A stretch of DNA of 64,000 bases. Source: Paecilomyces variotii. Taxonomy: Eukaryota. How positions within the stretch are numbered: position 1 is the stretch's first letter; each line of letters begins with the position of its first letter. The stretch lies in the NCBI GenBank assembly GCA_004022145.1, contig RCNU01000026.1; one strand, 5' to 3'. Positions 1 to 14,122 of the stretch are shown one piece after another. The notes beneath the pieces are model-generated. The model was not told the DNA's origin, did not search any database, and saw only the letters and a program-made list of their open reading frames with translations. Position numbers and translations under genes: made by a program.

Positions 1-154
1 GTAGTCGAGGTACGGAAGAGGCACCCCCGCTGATTATCTTGACGGTCGGGCCAAGTTCCCAGACGTCAATTAAGCAACTAACCGCACGCATGCATTCGAA
101 GTCAGCCATCAGACCTACTTTTAGACATCGCCCATCTACTTTGCACCCTTCGTT

Positions 155-2937
155 ATGGTCAAGATCTTCGAACAGACACTTTCAACAGGATGGTATTTCA
201 AACAGGTGGACGACGCGGAACAGGCATGGATGCCCGTGCCGTCCATTCCCTCTGTTGTTCACCAAGATCTCTTAGCAAATGGAGAGTACGTATCGATCTT
301 ATGAAGTTACAATCATCACCCGGAAGTCGAGAAAAGCACCCGCTTACCGCGATTCCAGGATTCCTGATCCATTCATTGGCTTCAATGAGCTAAGGACCGA
401 TTGGGTAGGTGAGAGGGCTTGGGTATATCGGAGGTCGTTTCAAAGTCCACCGATTCATCCCAATGCAGTGGTCGACTTGTTATTCGACGGGTTGGATACG
501 TTCGCCAAGGTAAAATTGGACGGAACAACAGTTCTCGAATCCGATAATATGTTTCTTTCTCATCGCCTGAATGTGACGGACTTCCTCAAAGCGCAAAAGC
601 AACATGTGCTCGAAATTGAAATTGATTCCGCACTCATACGCGCGAGGAAAATCAAAGATAGTCACCCTCACCACAGGTGGGTCGGATACAATGGCGAAAT
701 GGCCAGACTTGGTGTCAGAAAGGCCCAGTACCACTGGGGCTGGGATTGGGGTCCCTTACTCATGACTGCAGGTATCTGGAGACCAGTACGACTGGAGATG
801 TACTCTATAAGAGTAGACGATATCTGTGTGGAGACTCAGCTGTCTAAGGATCATCAAGCAGTGACAGTGATGGCTTCCGCTCAGATGACTGGCGACAGTC
901 CTGCAGTGTATAAAGCTGTATTTTCCTTGAGCTTAATGGGACACGAGATGGAGAGCAAAATAGTATCAATTGATACTAATGGCAATGCTAAGGCCGATAT
1001 TGACATAGTAAATCCGCAGCTGTGGTGGCCCAACGGTTATGGCCCTCAGACACTCTATGAAATCTCAGTCTGTGTCACCAAGGACGGTGAGGCATTCCAC
1101 CAGGTATCGAAGAAAATCGGAATCAGGACGGCGGAAGTCGTCCAGGAGCTCGATAAACATGGAAAATCATTTCTATTCCGCATAAATGGAGTTGATATCT
1201 TTTGTGGTGGTTCATGCTGGATTCCGGCGGATAGCTTTCTCCCCAGTATCACCAAGGACAGATATCGACAGTGGATCGAACTGATGGCTGCTGGCCGTCA
1301 AGTGATGATAAGGTATTACTGGCTTCTATAACAATACGATTGGGCTGTGGTCCAGCGCAACTAACATCCTCTAGGGTATGGGGTGGAGGAATATACGAAG
1401 ATGATTCATTCTATGACGCATGTGACGAATATGGAATCATGGTATGGCAGGACTTTATGTTCGGCTGTGGTAACTATCCCGCTTGGCCTGCCATGTTAGA
1501 CTCTATTCGCAAAGAAGCGACATACAATGTACGACGACTGCGCCACCATCCAGCAATTGTGATCTTGGCCGGCAATAACGAAGATTATCAAGTGCAGGAA
1601 CAGGAGGGTCTCACTTATGACTTCGAGGATAAGAATAGGGACAACTGGTTGAAGAGTGACTTTCCTGCGCGGTATATTTACGAAGAGCTTCTCCCTACCG
1701 TTATAAGAGAAGAGTGTCCATGGGTGTTTTACCATCCTGGAAGTCCGTGGGGCGATGGAAAACCTACATCTGACCCGACTGTAGGCGATCTCCATCAGTG
1801 GAATGGTAAACTGTCCTCTTCCAGTTGTCAAGGCATTCGACAGTTGTTAACGATTATATAGTGTGGCACGGGACGCAGGAGAAATACCAAATCTTCGAGC
1901 AACTGGGAGGGCGGTTCAACAGCGAATTCGGCATGGAGGCGTTCCCACACCTGGAAACCGTCAATTACTTCGTGAAAGACGAGATTGACAGGTTTCCTCA
2001 GTCACACATAATGGATTTTCACAACAAAGCGGCTGGACACGAACGTAGGATTGCGACCTATGTCGAGGAAAATCTGCGGACTTCTACAGACTTGCAGGTA
2101 ACTCTAACTATAATTATGCTATGAGGACTCACGACTCTGCTAACATTGAATTAGACATATATCCACCTGACTCAAGTAGTCCAAGCAGAAACGATGCTTT
2201 ATGCCTACCGTAGCTGGCGGCGTCAATGGGGAGACAATCGTCGCTGCGGTGGTGCTTTGGTTTGGCAGCTGAATGATTGCTGGCCGGCGATTTCGTGGGC
2301 AATTGTCGATTACTTTCTACGCCCGAAGCCAGCATACTATGCAATAGCACGAGCATTGACTCCAGTCGCAGTCGGAGTTGAACGCGAACACCATGATTGG
2401 AGTGTCAGTCATGCGAGACCCCCGAAGACGATTAAATACAACCTTTGGGTTGCTAGCAGTCTACAGACAGAAGTCGTAGCTACCGTCGAACTGAGGTTTA
2501 TTTCCATCAGTACCGGCTCTGAGATCTGTCAATCAAGGACAAATCGCGGCATCCATGTCATGCCAAACGGGACGACAGACATCATCCTCGATGGTATCAT
2601 TGATTGTGTCGCGTATCCCGAAGCGCATGTGCTCGCTGCGCGGTTATGGATAGGTGATCGCATCGTTTCCCGTGACATTGACTGGCCGCAGCCCTACAAG
2701 TACCTTGACTTGACACACCGTGGGCTAGAGATAAATGAATCGGTGCGGACGGACGACGAACGCATTATAGTCATCTCAGCAAAGAAACCGGTTAAATGCC
2801 TCGTCTTTGAAGCGAGGGACGGTGTTAGTCTAAGTGACAGCGCATTAGACATTGTTCCAGGCGATGATCAGACTGTGACGATAACAGGACTGAACGCCAG
2901 CGATGAGGCATTAGGATGGAAATTCCTCGGCCAGTAG
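155..2937 (+). CDS. mndB: Beta-mannosidase, glycoside hydrolase family 2 (no signal peptide; MndB-like), 5 exons
   Basis: ATG155 gives MVKIFEQTLSTGWYFKQ..PSVVHQDL; intron 286-358 joins to IPDPFIGFNE. GH2 mannosidase motifs: FDGLDTFA, RKAQYHWGWDWGP, RVWGGGIYEDD, WQDFMFGCG, GNNED (acid/base), RFNSEFGM (nucleophile), WQLNDCWP. Stop at 2935-2937. Confidence 0.92.
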
Positions 2938-2951
2938 TGTGCCAGTAGTGT
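2930..2951. repeat. Perfect 11-bp tandem duplication (GCCAGTAGTGT x2) spanning the mannosidase stop codon
   Basis: Read directly at 2930-2940 and 2941-2951. Confidence 0.9.
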
Positions 2952-3670
2952 CCTGACTAGGTTCTGTATTCTATCAAGACTCGAGGACCATCTGGATGAT
3001 GATTCTTCATTTCTACGGAGACGTTGCTTATTTCTACCCAAACGCAATGCACTCTTCACGGTACCGAATTTTGAGAAAGAAGACCAGACATCTAACCAAC
3101 TCTAGAAACAAAGTATGTATCGATCGTATGACAGTCTTGATATATGATGTGGTATGAACTTCAAGCAGGGGTTTCATCACAGGCACGTCCCTACATACGT
3201 CATTTGTAAACTCAATAAGGAATAAGTGAAAGTAGATGTTCGCTGTATCGGTTTTCAGCTCTAGTATTGATGGTGGTGATACAATATTATGTATTGTAGA
3301 TCTCATGCCCTCCTGAGATGCCGATAATCAAACCCTTCAAGACACCGTTAGAGATATATTCTATCTGATATGTCTTTAGGCAGATAGAAGCATATTGTAC
3401 AGCTTATCGATCAGTAAAGAAACGTGCAAGGGCTAACTTCCTGCTCCGGCGATGGTCGAGACTTTGCGATATCTTTCCACTCGATTCTCATCCAATAACT
3501 GCCATCGCGGATAAAGCGGAAGATCAATAACTAACTACAACGTAAAACACCGCACCAGTAGTTTCCAATGGATTATGACGAGACAATGAGTCCATGCAGG
3601 TTAGCTCTGATCCCCTTGGCTGAAATATCATGATCCTTCATCGTCACGTCACCTCACTGCCAGCAGTGTA

Positions 3671-3683
3671 TTCTAGAAATTCC
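3671..3683. promoter_or_regulatory. Possible heat-shock element (TTCtaGAA plus an imperfect third unit)
   Basis: ttctagaaattcc about 100 bp upstream of the small HSP ATG; only two perfect nGAAn units. Confidence 0.3.
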
Positions 3684-3781
3684 CATTCGAAACTATATGT
3701 ACCTGTGTAGATCATGAGACATAGATAATAGACCACCAAGCTTCCCAGATACAAATAAGAGTCAGATCTCGCTCCATTCCA

Positions 3782-4387
3782 ATGTCTACACGCTCGACCT
3801 CTAGAATTCTACCTTCTACCAAGGCCCTTCTTCGTCCCACAACAAAAGCTACACACTCCGTGATCCCCAGCCGGCTCTTTGCAACCCCGCGAATTCACGC
3901 TTTACGAAACGTTCCTGTCAGAACCATGTCTCTCATTCCACGCTGGCCTGAGCGAGAATTCAGCTCCCTTTTCCGTCTCCTCGATGACTACACTGACCAC
4001 GTCGCCTCTCGCAATACACCCACGGGAGTGAGATCGTTCGCTCCTCGATTTGACGTCCGCGAGACAAAGGAAGCATACCACCTGGACGGTGAACTGCCCG
4101 GAATCTCTCAGAAGGATGTAGACATCGAATTCACCGACTCTCACACGCTGGTCATAAAGGGAAAGACGGAGCGCGAGTACAGCTCTCCCAATGCCGATGA
4201 AGGGGACAAGAAAGCGGATCACCGATACTGGGTCAGCGAACGGTCGATTGGCGAGTTCCACCGGACATTCACGTTCCCAACGCGTGTCGACCAGGATCGT
4301 GTCAAGGCAAGCCTGAAGGATGGAGTGTTGTCCATTGAGGTCCCGAAGGCAGCACCGGCAGCGGCGAAGAAGATCACAGTGACCTAA
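3782..4387 (+). CDS. hsp30: Small heat-shock protein (Hsp20/alpha-crystallin, Hsp30-like)
   Basis: FSSLFRLLDDY, FAPRFDVRETKEAYHLDGELPGI, ERSIGEFHRTFTFPTRVDQDRVKASLKDGVLSIEVPK. Intronless; a second in-frame ATG near 3926 gives MSLIPRW. Confidence 0.93.
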   Translation: MSTRSTSRILPSTKALLRPTTKATHSVIPSRLFATPRIHALRNVPVRTMSLIPRWPEREFSSLFRLLDDYTDHVASRNTPTGVRSFAPRFDVRETKEAYHLDGELPGISQKDVDIEFTDSHTLVIKGKTEREYSSPNADEGDKKADHRYWVSERSIGEFHRTFTFPTRVDQDRVKASLKDGVLSIEVPKAAPAAAKKITVT

Positions 4388-4774
4388 AGTTCCTGCTGCT
4401 GAGGGCTGTAGGGGCATATGCATTATGTAGCTGTGTGGATACGATGAGGGGCAGCACCATTTGAAAGTTAGGGATATTTCGAATAGGACTTCTTAATTGT
4501 ACAAGAGCCCAACCTCCCACACTATTGCAGTCAGATTGAGACGTAGGACCTCATTGTCATCTACAAATTGGGTATATGTACAATGTATAAAAATGATTTT
4601 GAGCCGGGTCCAATAAGCGACAACTCATCCTAACGACCCAGCTTGGAAAGTTTGCACAAAAAAAAAAGGTTAAATATCGATACTCATCATGGACATGAAC
4701 AGATGGGACCACCGCCCGCTGCAAATACTACAACTTCTTGGTAAAACTCCGAACACCGAGATCATGAAGAACCA

Positions 4775-7585
4775 TTAGTAATCAGTATCAATGTCACTAA
4801 GACTGAAGCATGCATTCCCAGGAGAAAGGAGTGGAGAACCCAGAAGATCATCTAGCGCCATGTCGTAAGTCAAGTACTGGTCGTATTCTGTAAGCACGGA
4901 CGGATGCACCATGATATTCTTTGGCGCATGTGATGCTGAGGCATCAGGAGCGGGTTGATGCCCTGTATGATCATCCATAGACGGTGTAGACAGCACCGTC
5001 GGATGTGTTGGAATCTTGTTAGTCTCCACCGTTAGACGAGTAGTGGGCAAATCAGCGATGTCGAGAGAGAGTTTTCTAGCCAGGCGACGGATAATATCAT
5101 CGCAGAGATTCCAAGCACGTTGTGAATCCACACTTCCTGACGACATGCGATGAAGCCAGCGGACCGCCTTTTTGGCTTGTTCAAATATTGGCAAGACTCC
5201 ATGAGGGTTATGCTGTGCCCTATAGGCAATCTCGATCAGCAGCACGGCGGTTGACTGCATCAGATAATGCAACACACACCACCAAGGGGATATGCGATTG
5301 AGCCAGATGACATCGGGCTCGTCGGGCAACAGGGCTAGCATCTGGCAGGCCGAATTGATCCCCAGCGTGGCCGTACTATCCACCGGCCGGCTAGACTCTC
5401 GGTCATTGCTAGGTTGTCGGTCAAGCCGACGCAAGCAAGGACGGCTGATGGTTAAGCGGGTGCTGTAATACCGAAAGGCCAAACTTGCTCGTTGTCTTAC
5501 AAACCTATCGTCCTTATGAGGCTCCTTGAACCGAAACACTTCTGGCAGTTTCTCGAACCAGGTCTCGATCTGCTCACTTAGCCCCAGGATGGAACCTTCC
5601 ACTTCAACCCACGGTCGCTGGGCGGCTCCAGGAGAATACAATGTGTCGATGGCATTTCGCATGATCAAGGTTAACTCGATGAAGAAGACAAAATATAGTG
5701 ATACGTTGGGAGTGATCATCCTCGGGACTCTAGCAGCAGCCTGCTGGTACGGTCCATGGATAACCACAGCTTCCCTCCATGAATTCCTGGGAGTCGTTGG
5801 CGTAGTGGAGAGAGAAGGCTTCGGAGGAGCAGCGAGAACATCGTCCAGGCACTGCCTGCGCAGTTGGTGATTTGACAGAACGCCAGCCACATAGGGATCT
5901 TGGAAGTCCTCTTCCTCAAATGGAACGGGAAGCGGTGTTGTACACGACTTCTCCGCGTAGCTGATGGGACGACCCGTCATGATGCAAAGTAAATGCTCCA
6001 GCGTGTACAAGGCCCACCAGACCCGATATCGAATCTCCTTGGATGTACTCGATATTACTTTACTTTCGCTTCGCAGGTTGATGCCCATAGCCACCGCCGA
6101 ACGGACAGCACCACCGCAGATTCTCCACGATCTTGCAGAACAGTCGTCAGAATATTACTTTTGCACAAAAGAAAACTGCAGGAGAAAAGCACAGTAGCCG
6201 CTCACCTGTTGACCTGACCAATTGTCAAGAAGTAAAAGGACATAAGGCCTTCCACCTGCACTTGCTGCAGATCCGGGTGAGCTAAAAGTGGCGCCTTATT
6301 GATACTCAGCTGGCACGCACGCGTGAAATATACGAAGTGATCACTGTCGGGGCCTCTGAATGTTTCTTCAACGAGGGTCGTATATTTCGCAGCCAGCGCG
6401 AATATTAGGTTCAAGATGGCCAGCCACTTGTTCCCCGGTCTGACAGAAGGCTTGCTGTAGAATAATCGGTATTGGTGCATGAATGTGACTTTGCCCACGA
6501 TAGGGAACGTGGGATGGACGACGTTGAAGTAAGAGTTCAACAGCTTGTCGGCTACTGCCTGCGAAGGCAACTGGTATGGGTCGATATCTCCAGCTACCGA
6601 CAATTCGATGTCGTCCAGGAAATAACTGACGGATGCCACCGAGTAGTTTTCGTCGTTAGCACCACTGGGGATCTGTGACGACACAGGGACGGTCGAGTTC
6701 GATTCCTCATGGATATCCCTCTTCAACTTCTGCATCCACGAAGTATCCGAATATGTCCCTACGAATCCAGTCGCCTGGGCTTTCTTATTTCGATTGAAGT
6801 CCTCGTCTGTATAGTCGACCACCTGAAACGTCTTTGCTGAATTGTGTCCCATTCTTCCCGTTGCGTCGTTGATCAGAGCTTCGGTGCCTGATGGCGACGC
6901 CGTTGCCTCCGTAGACATCATCACTCGATCAGCCGGGTGATACTGCTGAAGTGGATTAGAGGGGGTTGGAAGGGGCACACGGTGCGTCGAGCGCACGTTG
7001 GGCAGAGCCCTCTCGATGAGTCGTGCATCTTGTTCGTCCACCCGGTATTGAAGCTGCCGCAACAAGGCTTCATAATTGCGGACCTGATTGGAGAGCTGCT
7101 CTAACTCCCTGTTTGCAATCTATCATCAGTCCCAGTTCCTTAAGAATAATACGGAGCAGAACGTACTTGGCCACCCGTTCCCTTTTCCCCTCGCTATAAT
7201 AGCAAGCTACCCCGTATCCCTGACAGCGTTCGCATGCTGGTTGTTGTCCGCCGCACTTGACCTTTTGCTCCCGGCACGGCTCACAGGCTCGCGCAACTCG
7301 TCTCCGGCCAGAAGGTTTCGACTGAGACGAGGCATCTTCTGCGTTCATGGCCGACTGCGGCGTCTTCGGGGACGGGAGGTCTGCGCGTTCGGGGATCGAC
7401 GAGGCACGGCCGGTACGATCCGTTCGCTCCGCAGGCGTCGTGCTGGAACGATGTCTCTCATCAGGTTGCGGATGTGTCGCAGTGAGCGCCGTATCGTTTG
7501 AATCTGCTGAAGAGGCTCTTCCCGCGGGGCCCGGCGATGCATATTCAGCATCCAGCCTCAGTCGTCGTCGCTTCCAGTCGCCCAT
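4775..7585 (-). CDS. Zn(II)2Cys6 transcription factor with fungal_trans (middle homology) domain
   Basis: ACEPCREQKVKCGGQQPACERCQGYGVACYY zinc cluster; coiled-coil exon; LPSQAVADKLLNSYFNVVHPTFP and EIRYRVWWALYTLEHLLCIMTGRP motifs; several GT-AG introns. Confidence 0.92.
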
Positions 7586-9079
7586 GCTGCCAGCGATGAA
7601 TCAATTCCCTTATCGCCCACCGACCTGGCTCATCTCGTGGAAGAGAAAAGACAAGAGATCCAGGATGGCTGCTATGCCTCGATTGACGAGTCCAGACGTC
7701 AAAAAGAGGTCAGTGCGCGAGATGGCAGGTTCGTTGCAAGTATGCGGGGAGTTCCTCTTCTTCGGGTTCTCTAGCAGCAGATCAGATCAAGTTTAGCTGA
7801 GCCTCAGAAGATACGGGAGAACTCTCTCACACGCGGTGGCGTCTCTCTTCCCCACACGGCAGTTTCAGCAATTTTTTTTTTTTTTCTTCCTTCGTTGCCG
7901 ATCACTAGTCGAGCCACGACCCGAATCCTTTACTTCTGCTCGATCTACCGTCCAATGGCTCGTGGATAGCCGCTGAAGGCGCTCGGGTAGAAGGGAAGAA
8001 GTCCTGGTGCGATGTCGGTATAATATGTGATAATGATAATCCAGTCGATCTCCCCCCATAAGCGCAGAAGGGACAAATAATGCTCGTTGGCATGACGGAT
8101 CGCGAACCATGTAACTATGTAACTACCCAGGTATTATTATCATAAAAATTACGCCCAGAGATAACTACCTAGTGGATCTAGAGATCTGCCTGTCATATCC
8201 ACTACTGACTATGCAAAGACCGCATTTGCCACTCGGAAATTTTTGTTCTCGGCCGTGATATAACTGGAACGGCTCAGTAACTAGATCGATAGATCATCTA
8301 AGAGTATCACCCGCTCACAGTCAGCTTTTGGGGCCGTAGACCTCTGCTAAAGATCACCATGGATCGAACGTGTTAGAGCAGCTTCTGGGACGACTTCTCG
8401 GGCGACTCTCATGGAGAACCGCGTCTCTCATCCCGACAGTCTGGTATGACAGTGTCTTACTAGGACCGTACTTAAACGGTCAAAAGGCTGTTCTCCGATT
8501 GGGGCCGCAGGTAGCTTAAGCGTGAGGATATACTTCAATCTCTTTTTATTGGACCGGAAGAACTGCCCGGTCAGATAGGCTAAGGAGGACTGGATAAGTT
8601 CTCCGTTTGATGGTCATTATTAGCGTCGCTGGTTCTTTATTCGATCACAGTTTGGGATTGCGATTCGAATCTGGAAGCCAGCTGTGCTCATTCCCCTTGG
8701 TCATACCTTACTGGTGCATCAAAAAAGATGCAATATGAGACCGATGGCCGAGACGAGTGCGGATGAGGTTTCCGCATCTGTGCAGATCGGATTGTGTGGC
8801 TAGAATCGAGATGCTAATGTACTTACAACCACACATAAAGGAGTGAAAGAGTACTTGGAGGGGGAAATGAATATGCCGGAGTCATCAAGATACTCAAACA
8901 GACACACTCCATGTGAGCCATGGGCATAATCTCGTCCCCCATTTAATGGTTTCTGCTTGGCGACAACAATACTCCATTCATCTCTTGACACTCAGAGGCT
9001 ATGCTGTGTATAACCCATATAGGTACAGAATTGACGTCGCAGTATGCACATATTTGCGCTGTTGTTGTTGTTGTACAGG

Positions 9080-9664
9080 TCATACTAGTTGACAGAGATG
9101 CATATAAATTTTATAGACCCCACTCATTGTATGCCACAATCGCATGAATCAAGCCCGAGAGAGCATGAAGGATCCATCGACCATGCCAACCGCCGTAGTC
9201 GAGACCTCCGTAGGCCCAGACGATGTACGCATCCAGCTCCGCTGCAACCTGGACGCAGAAGAAAAATCCGTCAGCAACGACATAGGCGCCTATTAACGTA
9301 GCATAGCTGCGCGGTGACAGATGAGAAAAGGATTCGAAGACTGTTACGCGATAGCTTTACGTACTGAAGTTGCAAACATTAGCGCCTTTATACCCTCCCT
9401 GTTATGTTGAAATCCGAGTATAAAATGGGCGACTCCGACCATAACATCTCGCGCCGCAGTGACGTATAGAAACGTCGAAGGAGCGGACTCGACGCCAACA
9501 CCTGACGGTGAAGGAGTCTTCGTGACCGGAGGATAGTATAGGGGAAGGCCAAAGAGATCGTATGCTTTGCGCGGATTAAATAGTGGGATCGTTGATAGTC
9601 CTAGAAATGTCGTTCCCAGGAATACTGCCGTCGGAGGAAGGCCCAAGGGAGTAATTAAAGACAT
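9080..9664 (-). CDS. Small hydrophobic membrane protein, DUF4267-like
   Basis: Exon 1 has hydrophobic helices plus FGLP and AARDVMVG. An intron follows FATS, then an exon reading VAAELDAYIVWAYGG..ILHALSG; TGA at 9080-9082. Family call from remembered motif pattern. Confidence 0.6.
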
Positions 9665-10150
9665 AGTCGAATGTTTGGAGAATTAAATCATCGAACGACC
9701 ACTTACTGAACAGGATATACCGGGTTTTTTTTCCCCTTTTTGAATGAAGTATGTTCTTTCTTGCTTCTGAAGTAGCCCGGGGACTTGATATAAAGGATGA
9801 TGATATACCTATGATCGGATCTGTCATGTGACGATTGAGATTACATTCATTCGCCACTGTTCAAGACCCAGTAGAATTGCTATTTCGAGTAACAGACGTC
9901 TCTGTTTCGAAATACTTATAATATAATCTCGAGCATTACTGGAACTCTTCGTGATCCAACGGTAATGTTGTCTTGGTTCACTTCCCAAGGTAACAAAGCA
10001 GTCTTCACCCAATAGCTAGTTGTTCGTCTGTTCTATGAAAAGATTGAACAAATGTCCTCGTTTCAGCAGTAAATACACGGAACGTACTCCTGGTACAATA
10101 TACCTAACGTTTACTATTTGACAAGCATTGCTCTGGGGGATCTTTGAAAC

Positions 10151-11978
10151 CTATTGCGAGCGAGATTTAAGGGTGACGCGGATATTCTCATTTCTCACAA
10201 ACCAGGAATTCGTGACCTTCCATTCATCGCTGGGAAAGCTTAGACCCATCTAAGAGAATCAGAGTTAGTCATTACAACAGGAAACTTCAGCGCTAAAATA
10301 AGGGTGTCTACAAACCTCGAAAGTAGAAAATAGAGTGGCGATGAGCTTGTAACTCTCGAGCTGACTGAGCCGTTTCCCTAGACATGCCCTCTTGCCAGCA
10401 CCAAACGACAGCTCGCAAGATTTCATCTTTGAACGTCGTGTCTGGAATTCAGCTTCAGTTTCATGAATTTGCTTCATCCATCTTTCTGGGATGAATCTAT
10501 CGGGTTCTGGACCGAATACAGCCTCGTCACGGTTGACAACCCAAGGATTCATGCCGACAATCGTGCCTAGAAGATATCAGTTTGTCAATCCCATTTTATG
10601 GGTTTCTCCAAGAAGCCACATGCCCAGTCACGTACCTTCAGGAATGTATCTACCGTCAGGGAGAGTCAAGCCACCCTCTGGGACGACACGTTCCAGCATC
10701 AGGGCGGCACCAGGATGGATACGCATGGCTTCGCGCATGACGGCGTCAAGGTATGGGAGCTGTTGTGCCTTCTTCCAGCTGACCGGAGTTTCAAGTGAAG
10801 CACATTCCATGCTGAGTTTCTCATGCACATTCGGATTCTTTAAGACATAGTAGATAGTGGCACATAAGAGATTTGCCGTGGTGTCGCTTCCAGCAATCAA
10901 GTTGTTGAGAAGGTAAGTTATCATCATATTGTCATCTATTATATCCGAGTATTTACTCCTAACACCCAGTAGCTTTTCGAGGAAGTCTGGCTTTTCGGGA
11001 GGACCGTTGGCTTGACGTTTCTGAAGGGCTGTGGTTCCCAGAACGACAGCCCAGTCCATAGCCGGGGGCCCAAATCGCAAAAAACGATTCTGGGATAGTA
11101 AGCGGTGCAGACGAGGAATTTGAGAAGTCTATGTCAAAATATGAGTATGAATCTGGGACAAGAAAACCACTGGGTACAAACTCGGGCAAAATAGTCACTG
11201 TCCTGGGCGGATATTTCGAGAAAACCGGTCACATCCTTTCCAGCATCGAGAATCCCGAGGTCTTCCCCGAATGTGATCTTGTTCATCAGATCCCAGGAAA
11301 CTAAAGCCGAAATTCAGTTAATGAATGCTGGAGACCGCAAACTCCACTTACAGTATAACAGATACTGGTCCATATTGCAGACGTTCAGAGTCTCGGCAAA
11401 TCGTTCCGTAAGCTTTTTGGTGAAGCACACGATCATCTCATCAATGCAATGTTCAAGTTCTAATAGTTTAGTCATAGAGTAGAGGGGAGCGATCGGACGC
11501 ATATAGAATGAATGCCAATTTTCATCTCTTGTGGAGAATAGATTGGGTACGCTTCTTCCGTCCACTATAGGTTCCTTGACTCCATACATAGCACTCTATG
11601 GTTATATCACGTTAATGGGTCATTTCTAGATGGAATGGGTACAGTGATGAACGATGGGTTGAAATTGTGGTGACACCATACCTTTTTCCACAGAGTCTTG
11701 GTCGAGAAGACTGTGTTGATCAGATTTGGGTCCGACAGGCTAATGGTATTGGGGCCCATCCTGACAGCAGTTCCATGTTTCCGATGCAGTTTAATGTGCG
11801 TATTCTGGCAGTTTCCTCTGACAACGTCCCGGAATCGCCAAAAATTCGTGTATCTCGCCGCAACAGGCCCTGGAAACACTTTCAACGGAGACAGCAAGTA
11901 ACTCCACAGCGTAGCAGAAAGAGCGAGGGCCGCCCAGAAGAGGAGTACCAGAACGAGAATACTGACAAATGACTCCAT
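10151..11978 (-). CDS. Cytochrome P450 (pisatin demethylase/benzoate hydroxylase-like group), 6 exons
   Basis: N-terminal TM anchor plus FPGP; I-helix AGSDTT; EAMR; PERW; heme motif FGAGKRACLG. Last exon MGLSFPSDEWKVTNSWFVRNENIRVTLKSRSQ*. The frame splices without stops. Confidence 0.92.
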
Positions 11979-14122
11979 TGGATATCGGAATGATCAAAAA
12001 AGGAACTTCCTTGGCAGATTGAGGAGGTATATGCACTTTGTTCAAAAACAGTGGTAAGATATGGAACGAATTTGTACGGAGAATCTGTGAATTTCTCCCG
12101 TACAGATTTTAAATCACTCCAAACTGTAGTCGAGATATCCTATTCACGACCCGATGATCAGCAGTCAAATTCTCGGGGAAATGCCAACCAAGCACATAAT
12201 AGCACAGACCAGCGCCCCTATGAGACATGTGGCTTTCATTGGATAATAATATTAACGCCACCTTCTGAAGCAGGCACTGAGAGGTGGTTATCATGTAGAA
12301 GATAAGCTCACGTCCTTTGTGATGGGACTAGATATCTCACATGCTTATTCTGATGATCTTGCTTGGTTCAAAACATCTATAATCGTCAATCAAATAATAA
12401 GGGGAAGGTACGAGACTCCCAGGCGTGTATTGGTCCTTGCGCAATCCTTTCAGACGGACACTTTGGACTGATTACATAGCTTATGTATAGTCTGGGTCGC
12501 TGCAAGGACGACATCGAACCCAATAATCCTTCGCCATCACCTGGCAAAGTTCCACGGTCTCAAGAGTTTAAGGAGACCGCTAGTCTTCTTGAGGGATTGA
12601 CATCAGTCGCAAAATTTGGAGGACCCCATACATTATGCAATTCATACCGCGAAGTTTTAGTCTGTGAGTGTTCATAGTTGCGGTCTAGCAGGAAAAAGGG
12701 TCATATATGCGACAAGTACAGCCTTCAGTCTCAAAGAAAATGGGGTTTAACTATCCGGGGACTGGCAATAAAAGATTATTTTCTTGACCATGGTTCGTTC
12801 TTTGTTATCTTGGCTGCTGTTGGCGGATAGACTTAAGAATAGCCTTGATCAACTAGCTGTACTTCGGTCAATGAAAGAACACGCCACATCCCAGCACCCA
12901 TGGCCCCTTTGATTCTCCCTTTCATTGACAACTAAATTCCCTCAATGAGCACAATTCACCAGCAGCCGATTTCTAGACGCTAAGGATATTCGCTCTACAT
13001 TCTGATTGTACATACCATGTTAGGATACTTAAGCTGTGCTCGACTACGTTCCACGCAAGGTCCAAACGGGAGAAGAGGAGTGTAGTCAATGCAGCCACAA
13101 TAACAATAACATCCAATGATAGATGATGCACACCCAAAGATCCAGCAAGATGCGAGAATGGCCCTCTGGGCAATGATCGCCGATGTGACCGTCGCCCTCT
13201 CGTTACGAATCTTACAAAAGTACAAGCATAACTTAACTTGAGCAGCGCCTCGATTCCATTATCTCAGCCGGTCATAGAGAATAGATATTATCAAGCTCAA
13301 GTACAATCTGCTGGTTGGCTCCGAGATATGAGCTCAATTTTGGGTTTTTATATCAGTTAATAACTAGCTTGTAGATGATGACACACGGTGCGCAGAACAG
13401 CATCACGCACTACTACCAGAAGAGAATAGATAGTCCAATTGTCCGAGTTCATTGATCCATAAAACATTGAAATCGACAATACCAAAGACAAAAGGAATAA
13501 CCCCCATTGCTGGGATGTTTGTCATACAGCAGAATCGAAGTGCTTGGTGCTTCTTGGAGGAATCTTGTAGCGATGCTTGTCACCTCACCTGCACCGAAGC
13601 GCTTTTTGCACGGAGTTCCGTTGGACATCATTATTGCGAACCAGCCCAGGTTGGGAGGTCCGCAAGACTTGGCGGTTGCAGTAGCGGTCGCAGTAGCATT
13701 GCTGAACCTGTACACATGCGTTGGTATAGGCGATCCCGTCCGTGGATTGGTGGTCATTGCATGTTGTGTTAGGCCATACTTAACCCGCATCGTCCATAGC
13801 GATGTCATGGTCGCCGATGATCACATCCCGTGCAGGGTCTTGATTCACAGAATCAATGCAGGTTCCCGTATCGCTATAATAAGAACCGCAGTGCACAATG
13901 TCTATGGATATCCAGAATGATCAACAGGGACTTCCCAGGACATATTCTAGCGTATGCGGAAATGGACTGGAGTACTAGCAGAGTTCTCCTGGTCACCGCG
14001 CCTGGATATCCATGCATATGGACGATAGTACTACGCCTCTCAGGCCTTATAAAGCCGCCGATGCTGCTATACGCTAGCACAAAGTCCTAAGAACGAGGTA
14101 CAGGTCAATTCATACTGTCAAT

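Noticed and set aside
3034-3306. 90-aa minus-strand ORF between the mannosidase and hsp30
   Set aside because: AT-rich with no family motif; probably chance.
3902-4423. Long antisense ORFs over hsp30, and similarly over the PIN, bimC and IleRS genes
   Set aside because: Expected shadow ORFs from codon bias in GC-rich coding DNA.
13449-14090. Overlapping 68-137 aa ORFs on both strands upstream of the carboxypeptidase
   Set aside because: No recognisable motif or convincing splice structure in the frames examined.
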